A DNA stretch of 57,533 bases from Sediminibacterium sp. (GCA_044354025.1 JBILAW010000001.1:1-57533); one strand, 5' to 3'. Shown: positions 20,951-31,857, counted from the first letter of the stretch. Notes: generated by a model not told the origin, from the letters alone. Translations and numbers: made by a program.

Positions 20951-22129
20951 ATGAAAAGAATATCCGAATTAGAAAAAAAATATGCTATTCAAGCATTAGA
21001 TAATGAATTTAATACTTCTTCTAATAGTATTTTTAATTCAAAATTAGAAGGAGAATTTGCTAAATTATTTAATGTAGGATTTGCAATCGGTCATGTCAAT
21101 GGTACTGCAACTCTTCATACTGCACTTATAGCTTTAGGCGTTAAGACTGGAGACGAGGTAATAGTTCCACCATTAACAATGTCTAGTACTTCATTAGCAG
21201 TACTTCAAGCCGGTGCAATTCCAGTATTTGCAGATGTAGATGAATCTACTTTTAATATATGTCCTAAATCCATTAAAAAATGTGTAACTGAAAAAACAAA
21301 AGCGATAATTACTGTTGCTTTGTATGGACTTTCACCGGAGTATAATGAGATTTTAAAAATTTGTGAAGAATTTAAAATTGGATTAATTGAAGATAATGCG
21401 GAATGTTTCTTGAGTAAATATGATAATAAATATGTTGGAGAATTCGGTCATTTTGCAAGTTTTAGTTTTCAGGCTAGCAAACATTTGACTTGTGGCGAAG
21501 GAGGAATGTTGATAACAAATGATGTTAATTTAGCTAATAATGCAAGACGATTTAGTAGTTTAGGTTATGCTGGCGTTAGTGCCACTCAAGGAAAAATTAC
21601 AAGGGATGATATCCAAGATCCAAAGTATAGCAGACACATATCGATAGGGTTTAATTATAGAATGTCAGAATTATGTGCCGCTGTTGCTTTGGGGCAATTA
21701 GAAAGATCAACGGAATTAGTTAACATTAGAATTGAAGTTGCAAAATTATATAATGATGCAGTTAAAGATTTTTCAAATATTAGACTACAAAATAACCCAG
21801 CTAATTGTGTAAATACATATTGGGCTTATAGCTTTGCTTTATTGACTAAAAATCCAGATATAGATTGGTATAAATTTAGAGAATTATATAAGTCAAATGG
21901 CGGTGATGGTTTTTATGCTGCTTGGAAACTTTCATACTTTGAACCATTATTTCAAAATGAATTAAAATCTGCACCTGGAGTGTGGCAAAAATTAGAAGAA
22001 GGATTATGTCCAGTTGCTGAGTATCTACAACCAAGAATGGTACAACTGAAAACTAATTATTGGAATTTAGATGAAGCTAAAATCCAGTCAGAAATATTAC
22101 ATAAAACATTAAATATATATTTTAAATAG
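20951..22129 (+). CDS. DegT/DnrJ/EryC1/StrS PLP aminotransferase (PseC/LegC role by context)
   Basis: NGTATLH, IEDNAE, SFQASKHLTCGEGG (PLP Lys), GFNYRMSE. Confidence 0.85.
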   Translation: MKRISELEKKYAIQALDNEFNTSSNSIFNSKLEGEFAKLFNVGFAIGHVNGTATLHTALIALGVKTGDEVIVPPLTMSSTSLAVLQAGAIPVFADVDESTFNICPKSIKKCVTEKTKAIITVALYGLSPEYNEILKICEEFKIGLIEDNAECFLSKYDNKYVGEFGHFASFSFQASKHLTCGEGGMLITNDVNLANNARRFSSLGYAGVSATQGKITRDDIQDPKYSRHISIGFNYRMSELCAAVALGQLERSTELVNIRIEVAKLYNDAVKDFSNIRLQNNPANCVNTYWAYSFALLTKNPDIDWYKFRELYKSNGGDGFYAAWKLSYFEPLFQNELKSAPGVWQKLEEGLCPVAEYLQPRMVQLKTNYWNLDEAKIQSEILHKTLNIYFK

Positions 22130-22135
22130 TAAATC

Positions 22136-23203
22136 ATGAGAACAATCAAATTTTCAAAAGAAATTAATTTTGCAGAAAAAAAAGTAGGTAATGGATATCC
22201 ATCTTATATTATTGCTGAAATTGGTGCTAATTTTGATGGTAATTTAGAAAAGGCAAAAAAACTTTGTGATGCTGCAAAAGAAGCTGGTGCTGATTGTGCC
22301 AAATTTCAAAGTTTTATTTCGGAGAAAATAGTTTCTGCAAAAGGTTTTGCACAGATGAAATTAAAGGGTGTTCATGGTACATGGGGTAGACCTGTGAATG
22401 AAGTTTTTAAAGATGCAGAATTTCCAAGAGAATGGCATAGTATTGTTGCGCAACATTGTAAAGATATAGGGATTCATTTTTCTTCATCTCCATACGACTT
22501 TGAGGCAGTTGATTTAATTGATTCTTTAAATGTACCTTTCATTAAAATAGGTTCTGGCGAAATTACATGGTTAGAAATGATAGAGTATGTTGCAAAAAAG
22601 GGTAAGCCAGTAATATTAGCAACTGGAGATGCAAGTTTATCCGAAATTGACGAAGCAATTAAAGTAATTGAGAGTACTGGAAATACTAATTTAATATTAT
22701 TACAATGCATCACAAATTATCCATCAAAAATCGAAAGTGCAAACGTAAAAGTTGTTAAATCTTACCAAGAAACATTTGACGTTTTATCTGGCTGCTCTGA
22801 TCATGCTCCAACTGATATAGTCCCAATTGCCTCAACTGTTCTTGGCGGATGCGTAATTGAAAAACATTTTACATTAAACAAAAAAGATAATGGACCAGAT
22901 CATCCACATTCAATGGATGTTAATGAATTTAAAATTATGGTTGACAGGATTAGAAATGTTGAAGCTGCATTAGGCTCTACTAGAAAAGTAGTAGTTGAAG
23001 AAGAAGAAGAAACGGTGTATGTTCAAAGGAGAGGTCTTTATGCCAAACAAAACATAATAAAAGGCAAAATATTGGATTTAAATGACATTGAAGAACTTAG
23101 ACCGGCATTAGGAATTTTGCCAAAGTATAAAAAAGTTTTAGTAGGTAAGGAGGCAAAATTTGATATTGAAGCAGGAATGCCATTACATTGGAATCTCTTT
23201 TAG
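22136..23203 (+). CDS. NeuB/PseI-family nonulosonic acid synthase with C-terminal SAF domain
   Basis: YIIAEIGAN, AKFQ, KIGSGE, SDH, IEKHFTL..GPDH, RRGLYA. Confidence 0.92.
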   Translation: MRTIKFSKEINFAEKKVGNGYPSYIIAEIGANFDGNLEKAKKLCDAAKEAGADCAKFQSFISEKIVSAKGFAQMKLKGVHGTWGRPVNEVFKDAEFPREWHSIVAQHCKDIGIHFSSSPYDFEAVDLIDSLNVPFIKIGSGEITWLEMIEYVAKKGKPVILATGDASLSEIDEAIKVIESTGNTNLILLQCITNYPSKIESANVKVVKSYQETFDVLSGCSDHAPTDIVPIASTVLGGCVIEKHFTLNKKDNGPDHPHSMDVNEFKIMVDRIRNVEAALGSTRKVVVEEEEETVYVQRRGLYAKQNIIKGKILDLNDIEELRPALGILPKYKKVLVGKEAKFDIEAGMPLHWNLF

Positions 23204-23204
23204 C

Positions 23205-23795
23205 ATGACAAATAAGGAAATTTTTATCGTTTTATGTAGTAACGACACACTAAAGAAATCCGATGCTATTATTTTACTAGAAGGTGATGGTTATAACAGA
23301 GTTGAAAGGACTATAAAGTTGTTTAAGCAAGGTTGGGCACCAAAAATTGTAGTTTCTGGTGGTTATGACAATGAAACTAATGGTTCAATCAATGGAGATA
23401 AATTAATTCCAATTTTGTTAGAAAATGGAATTAAAAAAGAATGCATAATTTATGAAAAAAAATCTATGCATACAGATGAACAAGCTAATAATGTCATTGA
23501 TTTATGCATTAAATTTAACTGGAAAAAAATAATATTAGTTGCTTCAAATTATCACCAATATCGTGCTTATTTCACATTTTTCAGAAAGCTATCACTAAAA
23601 AATCTAGAAAAGTCAATTGAAATTATCAATGCACCTGCAGATAAATTAAGTTGGTTTATAGAAACTGGCTGGGGAATAAGGTATGATTTATTACAATTGG
23701 AATTTGAAAAAATAGAAAAGTATTTTAAAGAAGATTATCAATTATTTTATAATAAAATTTTAGATTATTTCAAATGGAAGAATTTGAAAGATTAG
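23205..23795 (+). CDS. YdcF/DUF218 family protein (soluble)
   Basis: DAIILLEG, IVVSGG, EKKSMHTDEQA, IILVASNYHQYRA; start probably ATG at 23205. Confidence 0.8.
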   Translation: MTNKEIFIVLCSNDTLKKSDAIILLEGDGYNRVERTIKLFKQGWAPKIVVSGGYDNETNGSINGDKLIPILLENGIKKECIIYEKKSMHTDEQANNVIDLCIKFNWKKIILVASNYHQYRAYFTFFRKLSLKNLEKSIEIINAPADKLSWFIETGWGIRYDLLQLEFEKIEKYFKEDYQLFYNKILDYFKWKNLKD

Positions 23796-24415
23796 TATTT
23801 GCTAAAAAAATACTTGAAAAAGATTTCATTGGATACGATGAATTGAAGAAAATTTCTAGTTATATTGATTTTGATTTAACTAACATTCCAAAATTATGCT
23901 TGGATGAAAACCAAATTATAAAGGCTAAAGAAGATAATAAAATTCTATTGTTAGTACATCCATTTTTAAAAAACAATATTAAATTGAGCATAAAATTTTT
24001 TAGGGATAAATTTGGTATTGGTTTAAACAATACTGAATATCCAACATTTTACAATCAAGATTGGTATTTAAAAGAGCCCTTTTTTTTAGAAGAATTTAAT
24101 GAATCTAAATGGATTTTGGTAGATAAAAACTTAAAAAATACAACCAGAGGAATTGTGCCTAAAAGTGAACACCAGCCAATATTAGGAAAGGCATTTCATT
24201 ATACCTATGCCTTTTTTATGTATTTCATAATAAATAATGGTGATTTACTTTGGGAAAATGACTATATATGGTGTAATGATGATGATCATAATGGTGATAT
24301 GATATATGTTGGAAGATATACAGATCCCCAAAGTTATAATAATAAAGGATTTAGTATTCATAGGCATTTGACTGTCTCAGCTATTTATGGTTGTGTTAAT
24401 TTTAATAGTTTGTAA
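23774..24415 (+). CDS. Hypothetical protein in the nonulosonate module
   Basis: 213-aa ORF overlapping the upstream gene; conserved-looking FYNQDWY and WCNDDDHNGDMIYVGRY..GFSIHRHL; family not recognised. Confidence 0.65.
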   Translation: MEEFERLVFAKKILEKDFIGYDELKKISSYIDFDLTNIPKLCLDENQIIKAKEDNKILLLVHPFLKNNIKLSIKFFRDKFGIGLNNTEYPTFYNQDWYLKEPFFLEEFNESKWILVDKNLKNTTRGIVPKSEHQPILGKAFHYTYAFFMYFIINNGDLLWENDYIWCNDDDHNGDMIYVGRYTDPQSYNNKGFSIHRHLTVSAIYGCVNFNSL

Positions 24416-24426
24416 ATAATAAATAA

Positions 24427-25557
24427 ATGAAAATGCAAAATTTTATAATTTGGAAAGAAAACGATAAGTATTGTTCTTTCCCACATATTTCTTATCTGTC
24501 TAACGGGAAACTTGCAGTCGTTTTTAGAAAAGCTAGTAAATTTAGTGCTGATGCTGCAAAATCTGGTGTAGCTACACATCATGATCCAGATTCTTCAATT
24601 GAAATGATAGTTTCTAATGATAATGGTTTGACTTGGGATCCTAATAGCCAAAGAACTATATATAAATCAAATTATGGGGTCAATGATCCTTCAATAACAG
24701 TTTTAAAAAATGGAACAATTTTAGTTAGGTTTGTAGCACTTGAAATTGTTAATAGTAAAGGCTGTATACATCCACCAGAGAAAATATTTTCACATAGAGT
24801 TGAACATGGTTTATTAACTTCAGTAGTTGGAAATATTATTATTAGTTCAATTGACAATGGTTTAACTTGGAATCAAATAGGAGTTACTGATTCTGAACAA
24901 ATTGGACCTTCTTGTAGTAGAGACCCTATTATTGAAATGCCGGATCAAACATTGTTAATGCCTGTTTACACTGGTGCTCCACAACGAAGTGATATATCAT
25001 GGGTTATTCGTTCTTTCAATGGAGGAACTACTTGGTGTTCTCCAATAAGAATAATGTCAGATGAAAATGGAAAGTTCTCTCAACTTCAGGGTATAAATTA
25101 TAACGAGACATCTTTATTGCACTTGGGTAATGGTGAAATTCTTGCAATGGTTAGAGCTGATGCAGATTTTCATACTGAAAATGAGTTTATGCCAGTTGGT
25201 GGTGTAGGAGATTTATGTACGGCCAGAAGTTATGACGGCGGCATGAGTTGGACATTTTCCAATAGAACTGGAATTTGGGGGCAACCAGGAAGCATTAGTA
25301 AGTTAAAAAATGGAAATCTTTTGTGTACGTATGGATATAGGAAAGCTCCATTTGGAGTACGTGCATGTGTTAGTTATGATAATGGTATGTCCTGGGATGT
25401 TAAAAATGAGTATATTTTGCGTGATGATTGTCCTACTTGGGATTGTGGATATCCATTTACTATAGAATTAGCAAATGGTGAATTATATACAGTTTATTAT
25501 TTTGTATGTGAGGAAGGTATTAGACATATTTGTGGCACTAAATGGAATCTATCATGA
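24427..25557 (+). CDS. BNR/Asp-box beta-propeller (sialidase-like) protein without signal peptide
   Basis: Five Asp-box motifs: SNDNGLTW, SIDNGLTW, SFNGGTTW, SYDGGMSW, SYDNGMSW; C-terminal DCGYP. Confidence 0.8.
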   Translation: MKMQNFIIWKENDKYCSFPHISYLSNGKLAVVFRKASKFSADAAKSGVATHHDPDSSIEMIVSNDNGLTWDPNSQRTIYKSNYGVNDPSITVLKNGTILVRFVALEIVNSKGCIHPPEKIFSHRVEHGLLTSVVGNIIISSIDNGLTWNQIGVTDSEQIGPSCSRDPIIEMPDQTLLMPVYTGAPQRSDISWVIRSFNGGTTWCSPIRIMSDENGKFSQLQGINYNETSLLHLGNGEILAMVRADADFHTENEFMPVGGVGDLCTARSYDGGMSWTFSNRTGIWGQPGSISKLKNGNLLCTYGYRKAPFGVRACVSYDNGMSWDVKNEYILRDDCPTWDCGYPFTIELANGELYTVYYFVCEEGIRHICGTKWNLS

Positions 25558-26426
25558 TAAAAATTGCATTTTTAGGTTCTGATAGTACTCATACTGAAGC
25601 ATTTGGAAGACTAATTAATTTTTCTAATTCTAAATTTTATAAATATGCAAGAGTTGTATCTATATATGGTGAAAATTTAGAAGAGACTAAGCGTAAAGCT
25701 AAAGAATTGAATATTTTAAAACATGCAATAAGTATTGAAGATGCTTTAGAAGGAGTAGATTTAGCTTTTGTAATTGGTAGATTTGGAGATAGTCATTATT
25801 TACCTACAAAGGCAGCATTATTAAAACATATACCAGTTTTTGTTGACAAGCCATTTACCTTAAGTGTCGAAGAATCCAAGGATTTAATCGCTTTGTCTAG
25901 TAAATTAATGGTTCCTATGTTTTCTAGTTCACCTTTGAGATTTTCAAAAGAAATTAATGTAATAAAAAAAATGTTATTAGATATTGGTAATGATTTAATT
26001 AATGTTTGTGTAAAAGTTCCTGCAAATTGCACCGATCTAGGTGATGACCCAAGATTAAATTCAGTTTATTTTTATGGTATACATGGAATTGAAATTTTAC
26101 TCGAAATAATCGGACATGAATTTAATAATATTACAATTGATAACAATAAAACATTTATTACAATCTGCTTGCATACTCCCAATGGAAATATTAATAAATT
26201 TGAATTAATAAGAAACGCTTCAGAATTTTACTGGGTTGAGATACACACTAAAAGGAGTAATTATTTTTACAATATTGAATTAGATGGTTCTTATTATGAA
26301 AATGAAATTGATTATATTTTAAAATGGAAAAACAATAATACAGAATTAATCCCTTTGACTAGTACACATAAATGCATATCAATCTTGAATGAAATTGAAT
26401 TAAGTGAAGTAAATTCTATTAAGTAA
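25542..26426 (+). CDS. Gfo/Idh/MocA family oxidoreductase (divergent, copy 1)
   Basis: KIAFLGSDSTH, VFVDKPF, FSSSPLRF, FYGIHGIE. Confidence 0.75.
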   Translation: MESIMIKIAFLGSDSTHTEAFGRLINFSNSKFYKYARVVSIYGENLEETKRKAKELNILKHAISIEDALEGVDLAFVIGRFGDSHYLPTKAALLKHIPVFVDKPFTLSVEESKDLIALSSKLMVPMFSSSPLRFSKEINVIKKMLLDIGNDLINVCVKVPANCTDLGDDPRLNSVYFYGIHGIEILLEIIGHEFNNITIDNNKTFITICLHTPNGNINKFELIRNASEFYWVEIHTKRSNYFYNIELDGSYYENEIDYILKWKNNNTELIPLTSTHKCISILNEIELSEVNSIK

Positions 26427-27430
26427 TGACTAAAATTAAAATTGGAATTATAGGTACGGGCATAATGGCTAACATTTATAGTAAAATTATTTCACAACGA
26501 ACTGATTGCGAATTAATTTGTGTTACAGGAAATTCCGAAATCAACAGTAAGAAATTTGGAAAAGAATTCGAAATAAAATTTTATTATAATTCTGAGTATG
26601 ATAAAATGATGGTAGAAAATCCAGATTTAAATGCAATTATAATTACAACTCCCGAATGGGTTAGAATAGAACCAGTTAAATCTGCTATTAAATATAAAAA
26701 ACATATCTTACTTGAAAAGCCATTTGCAAAGTCAAAAGAGGATGCGGAATATTTGTATAGTTTATTAAAAAACTATGATAAAGTTTTTGAAATTTGTCAT
26801 GTCTTAAGGTATAGTCCAAGATTTCAAGCACTAAAGTATTCCATTGATCAAGGAAAAATTGGTGAAATTCGACATATTTATGCAAGGAGAAATTCAAATA
26901 ATGTCAGAGTACAAAGAGTCTTGGGTAAAACCGATTTAGCTTATTGGCTGACCCCGCATGATATAGATATAATGAGATGGATAACAAAATCTGAAATAAT
27001 TGAAGTATATGCAATCTCAAGAAATCAGCTTAACTCTATTGATGATTATTTAACAGTTAATTTAAAATTTGAAAATAATGTTAATGCGTTACTACAAATT
27101 TCATGGTGTACTCCACCATTGAGTCCAACTGCAAGGGATACTGTTTTTGAGGTATGGGGGAATAAAGGGTATTTAGAAGTAGAAGATTATAATATGAATA
27201 TAAAGTTATTTTCTGAAAATAATAATGTTACTTCAATTGACACATATGAAGATTATCAAATTAATGGCATTCATAAGGGTTATTTTGAAAATCTAATTGA
27301 TAATTTCATTAGAAAGATAAAAAGCAATCAAAATTCGGAAAACTCTTTATTAGACGCATTAGAGTCAATAAGAATTTGTGATATGATATCAAATTCAATA
27401 AATAAGAATAGAATAGTTTCAAAAATTTAA
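26426..27430 (+). CDS. Gfo/Idh/MocA family oxidoreductase (copy 2)
   Basis: IGIIGTGIMA, LLEKPFA, HVLRYSP, PHDIDI. Confidence 0.88.
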   Translation: MTKIKIGIIGTGIMANIYSKIISQRTDCELICVTGNSEINSKKFGKEFEIKFYYNSEYDKMMVENPDLNAIIITTPEWVRIEPVKSAIKYKKHILLEKPFAKSKEDAEYLYSLLKNYDKVFEICHVLRYSPRFQALKYSIDQGKIGEIRHIYARRNSNNVRVQRVLGKTDLAYWLTPHDIDIMRWITKSEIIEVYAISRNQLNSIDDYLTVNLKFENNVNALLQISWCTPPLSPTARDTVFEVWGNKGYLEVEDYNMNIKLFSENNNVTSIDTYEDYQINGIHKGYFENLIDNFIRKIKSNQNSENSLLDALESIRICDMISNSINKNRIVSKI

Positions 27431-27431
27431 A

Positions 27432-28454
27432 TTGGATTTACAAGATTTAAAAAATAAAAAAATAATATTTGCTTCTAAAGAAGCAGGTGCCGGTTCTTTG
27501 TTAGGTGCTTTAGTAAAAACATTAGAACCTGTGAAAGGTAGTATAGCAATTGCATCTCCAGTTTCATTTAAATATTTTGAAAATACAGACCTAAATGTAT
27601 ATAATACTCAAGAAGTTAATTTGTCACAAATTAAAAAAATTATTCTCGATTTTGATCCACATTACATTATAGTTGGTTCATCTGCAGGCAGTTCAATTGA
27701 AAAAGACTTGATGATACTTGCTCAACAAATTGGGTATAAAGTAATTTCAGTTATTGATCATTTTTGGAATTTATGGCAAAGGTTTGCTAACGAAAATACT
27801 GCTGAGAAATGGTACTATAAACCAGATTATATTTTCGTACCTCATGATGCATGTGTCAATAAATTAATTGAACTTGGATGGGAGAGTGATAAAATTAATT
27901 CTTTTATTCATCCTCTATTTAACTCTAATAAACTTAACCAACAATTAATAAAGGAAGATATTTTTGTCGAACTTGAAATTAAAGAAAATTACAAAATAAT
28001 CACTTTTGCATCTGAATATAATTTTGACAAATCTGACATGTGGAATTGGGAACAATCAAGTGATAGCGACATAAAAGATTTATTATCTTATATAATACAT
28101 GAAATTGAAGACTTGAATTCCAAAACGGACAATAAATTATTTTTGCTTGTAAAGCTACATCCTTCACAAGACAACATTTTTGATAATATACTTAAAAATC
28201 ATACATTTTATAAAGTGGTAAAAGATTTTAGAAAAGATAAAATATTCAAAATATCTAGTATTGTTGTTGGCTTAAATTCAATGTTTTTATTAGAAGCATC
28301 GTCATTATCAGTCCCTACATATTCTTATACAGGACAACTGCCTTCTTCATCTATAAGGCTTAATATGATTGACCAAGACATTTCTACTTTTTCTAAATTA
28401 AATGATCTTGCAAATATTTTTAGATCACATTGTTTAAGTTTAATTCATGAATAA
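27432..28454 (+). CDS. Putative GT-B fold protein (nonulosonate transferase or nucleotide-sugar hydrolase-like)
   Basis: EAGAG, VIDHFWN, PDYIFV, VKLHP, VVGLNSMFLLEA resemble TagF/SpsB-like GT-B proteins; TTG start. Confidence 0.55.
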   Translation: MDLQDLKNKKIIFASKEAGAGSLLGALVKTLEPVKGSIAIASPVSFKYFENTDLNVYNTQEVNLSQIKKIILDFDPHYIIVGSSAGSSIEKDLMILAQQIGYKVISVIDHFWNLWQRFANENTAEKWYYKPDYIFVPHDACVNKLIELGWESDKINSFIHPLFNSNKLNQQLIKEDIFVELEIKENYKIITFASEYNFDKSDMWNWEQSSDSDIKDLLSYIIHEIEDLNSKTDNKLFLLVKLHPSQDNIFDNILKNHTFYKVVKDFRKDKIFKISSIVVGLNSMFLLEASSLSVPTYSYTGQLPSSSIRLNMIDQDISTFSKLNDLANIFRSHCLSLIHE

Positions 28455-29412
28455 GATTAAAGTTGTAATTATTGGTGCAGGTCAAATTGTATGTGGATAT
28501 GATTCAATTACTGACTCATCTATTTTAACTCATTGTCATGCAATAAAGAAACTACAGCAATTTGTGTTAATGGGTATTTTTGATGTAAATATTGAAGTTC
28601 TTGAAAGTGTTTCAAAAAAATGGAATGTAAAAACATTTAATGATTTCGATGTATTGATGAAAGAATCTCCTGATGTAGTTGTTATAGCTGTAAATAATTC
28701 ATTTCATGAATATTATTTAGAAAAACTATTACAATATAACTTAAAATTGGTTCTATGTGAGAAACCTTTAACAATTGATAGTGAAAGCGGAAAAAAAATC
28801 ATAGAATTATATAAAAATAGTACAACAAATTTAGCAGTTTGCTATCAAAGAAGGTATGACGATGATATAAACTTAATTAGAGACGATTTTGAATCAGGAA
28901 ATTTAGGCAACTTTATTAATGGAGTTGTAATTTATTCAAAAGGAATTTTACATAATGGTTCACATGCTATCGATATATTAAGATATATTTTTGGTGAAGT
29001 AAAAATAGCAACTTCCTTCGATTATAAAATTGATTATTCAATAGAGGATCCAACTGTTTCAGCTTTTTTGCAATTTAATGATGCTAGAGTTACATTAGTT
29101 TCATCAAATGAAAAATTCCATAGTTTATTTGAAATAGATTTAATTTTTGAAAAAGGAAGATATCGTTTATATGATTCGGGATTCAAAATAGATATTTATA
29201 ATGTAATTGAAGATCCAGTTTTTAAAGGTTATTCTTCTTTAAACTTAGTTGATTCCCGTAATTCTACTTTAAACTATGCTTTATTAAATCTATGGAAAGG
29301 AGTTTCTGATTTTATAAATAATAATATTCCTTTAAAAAGTAATGGTGAAGATGCATTAAATACACAAAATACTTGTTTGAAGATTAAAAAATTAATAATA
29401 AATAAACAATGA
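28447..29412 (+). CDS. Gfo/Idh/MocA family oxidoreductase (copy 3)
   Basis: IIGAGQI, LCEKPL, YQRRYD, KGILHNGSHAID. Confidence 0.88.
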   Translation: MNKIKVVIIGAGQIVCGYDSITDSSILTHCHAIKKLQQFVLMGIFDVNIEVLESVSKKWNVKTFNDFDVLMKESPDVVVIAVNNSFHEYYLEKLLQYNLKLVLCEKPLTIDSESGKKIIELYKNSTTNLAVCYQRRYDDDINLIRDDFESGNLGNFINGVVIYSKGILHNGSHAIDILRYIFGEVKIATSFDYKIDYSIEDPTVSAFLQFNDARVTLVSSNEKFHSLFEIDLIFEKGRYRLYDSGFKIDIYNVIEDPVFKGYSSLNLVDSRNSTLNYALLNLWKGVSDFINNNIPLKSNGEDALNTQNTCLKIKKLIINKQ

Positions 29413-30320
29413 AAGTTTTAGGAATTATAGTAGCTAGAGCTGGTTCAACACGAGTTCCGGGTAAATCATTATTAAAAATTAAAGAAGAACCAGTATTAAA
29501 ATATATAATTGATATCTCTAAAAATATTATTGGACTTAATGAAATTTGTTTATCTACTACAGATTTAACAAGCGATAATGAATTAGCTAATATCGCTAAA
29601 AATGAAAATATCAGTATTTACAGGGGAGACGCCGAAAATGTGTTAGACAGAATTTATAAAAATGCAAAACTTTTTAAAGCTGATGTTATAGTATATATTG
29701 GAGGCGATTGTCCTTTGTTAGATCCTGTTATTGTAAGTGAAGCATTAAGTTGTTTTTTAAAATTGAAATGTGATTATTTAAACAACTATGATAATCCTAC
29801 ACTTCCAGGAGGCTACGATATAAATATTATTTCATTTAAAGCATTAGAAAATGCTTTTTTAAATGCAATTGCGCCATCACAAAGAATACATGCATTTAGT
29901 TATCTTACTTTCCATCCACACTTGTTTAATATACAACAATTTCAATTTGACACACACTTTGTAAGTAATAAAAAAGATATATCTACATTTCATTGGTCTT
30001 TGGATTATCCAGAAGATGTTGATTTCATAAAAGCAGTTTATGAAAAATGTTATGTAAAAGGTGAAATTATGACTTTTGAAAAAATAATGAATTTAATAGA
30101 GAATGATGTTTTTTTAAATGATTTTAATAATCAACTTGTCAAACCTAAGGTGACTCATGCTTTTTTTTCTTCGCTTAGCATAATGAATGATTTAATTAAT
30201 GATATATCATTTTTACACAACAAGATAAAGAACGAAATAAATCACAAAAATGATTTTAAAGTAATAAATCTTCTTTGTAATGAAATATATTTCATTACAA
30301 AGAAGATGACAAATAGATAA
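29409..30320 (+). CDS. SpsF-type cytidylyltransferase (copy 2) with C-terminal extension
   Basis: IIVARAGSTRVPGKS, GDCPLLDP, PGGYD, WSLDYPED. Confidence 0.8.
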   Translation: MKVLGIIVARAGSTRVPGKSLLKIKEEPVLKYIIDISKNIIGLNEICLSTTDLTSDNELANIAKNENISIYRGDAENVLDRIYKNAKLFKADVIVYIGGDCPLLDPVIVSEALSCFLKLKCDYLNNYDNPTLPGGYDINIISFKALENAFLNAIAPSQRIHAFSYLTFHPHLFNIQQFQFDTHFVSNKKDISTFHWSLDYPEDVDFIKAVYEKCYVKGEIMTFEKIMNLIENDVFLNDFNNQLVKPKVTHAFFSSLSIMNDLINDISFLHNKIKNEINHKNDFKVINLLCNEIYFITKKMTNR

Positions 30321-30324
30321 TTAT

Positions 30325-31851
30325 ATGTACTCAAATAAGTATCTTAAAATATATTTTTGGAAAATTTTAAGACTCATTATAGGAACCCTCTCTTTTCTTA
30401 TTGTGATTCCAAAAATTAGTACTGATAAAAATATCTACGGAATTTATTCATTCTGCATTTCTTTGACTATCTTTTTTCAATATGCCGATATTGGCTTTTT
30501 AGATGCAGGTCAGAAATTTGCTTCTGATTTTAATTCTCAAAAAGATTTAAAAAATGAAATTAAAATTTTCTCTTTTATATATTTTATTATGTTAATAGGT
30601 GTTATAGTTTTTTCTTTGTGTCTTTTAGCTATAATTATAAATCCTAATTATTTTTTAAATAATATAACTAGTGATAATGTGCATCTTTTAAGATCACTTT
30701 TGATAATTTTAATAATTTTTGCGCCTACCGTCATTTTACAAAGATTTTGCCAATCAGTTTTTTCCATTAGAATTGAAGATAATATATATCATTCCATTGA
30801 CCTTTTTTTTAATATTTTAAAGATATTATCAGTTTTTTATTTTTTTCATGCAAATAAAAATGACTTATTGTCATATTTTTTATTCATTCAATTAATGAAT
30901 TTATTTTCTGCATTTACTTGTCTGTATATAATTCAAAAAAAATATTTATATGATTTCAAATTTCTTATTAAATCATTTAAATTTTCAAGAGAAACTTATA
31001 ATAAAGTAAAATATCTCTCTTTCAGTTCATTTATTGGAACTATTTGTTGGGCATTGTTTTTTTATACTGATAATTTTTTAATCGCTAGATTAACTTCGGT
31101 ATCAAATATGGCGACATTTTCTATTGGAATTTCTATAATTACATTACTAATTGGGTTAATAAATACAATTTTTGCTCCTTTTCTTTTTAGGTTTAACGAA
31201 TTGATTGTCAATAATGATTTAAATAATTTCTATAAAATATTTAATCATATTACTAAAACTCTTTTACCAATTATAATAATACCATTAGTTACTTTAATTT
31301 TTTTTACCGATAAAATTATTATAAGTTGGCTTGGAATAGAATATTATGATTCTATAATAATCACGAAAACTTTAGTTAGTTCTTTGATTTGGTTTTCGAT
31401 TTCCGTTCCATTCAACTATATCCTTATTTCAAAACAAAGAATCAAAAATATTTATACTGCCTCCATAATATTACCATTTTTATACTTTTTAATTATATTT
31501 GTATTTTTTAAAAATGAAAATATTATATATTTTTCATATTCAAAATCAATTTCATTGTTAGTCTACGCAGTGTATGTAATTTATTCTTGTAAATTCTTTT
31601 TAGATTACCATTTTTATACTAATCTACTTAAAAGGCTAGGAAAATTATTTTTTTTTATTCTATTTGTTACTACTTTATATTTTTACTTTCAAAATAAAAT
31701 CCCAATAGTTATAAGTAAAGATAGGTCATATTTATTTGCATTAATTTCATCAATCTTCATATTAAATCTAACACTAATTTCATTCTATATTATAAGTGAC
31801 AAATCTAGTAGGCAACTTTTTCTATTAATTATCAGAAATTTTAGAAAATAA
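30325..31851 (+). CDS. wzx: Wzx flippase
   Basis: About 12-14 TM helices, YGIY and ADIG motifs, position in the cluster. Confidence 0.8.
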   Translation: MYSNKYLKIYFWKILRLIIGTLSFLIVIPKISTDKNIYGIYSFCISLTIFFQYADIGFLDAGQKFASDFNSQKDLKNEIKIFSFIYFIMLIGVIVFSLCLLAIIINPNYFLNNITSDNVHLLRSLLIILIIFAPTVILQRFCQSVFSIRIEDNIYHSIDLFFNILKILSVFYFFHANKNDLLSYFLFIQLMNLFSAFTCLYIIQKKYLYDFKFLIKSFKFSRETYNKVKYLSFSSFIGTICWALFFYTDNFLIARLTSVSNMATFSIGISIITLLIGLINTIFAPFLFRFNELIVNNDLNNFYKIFNHITKTLLPIIIIPLVTLIFFTDKIIISWLGIEYYDSIIITKTLVSSLIWFSISVPFNYILISKQRIKNIYTASIILPFLYFLIIFVFFKNENIIYFSYSKSISLLVYAVYVIYSCKFFLDYHFYTNLLKRLGKLFFFILFVTTLYFYFQNKIPIVISKDRSYLFALISSIFILNLTLISFYIISDKSSRQLFLLIIRNFRK

Positions 31852-31857
31852 ACTTTT

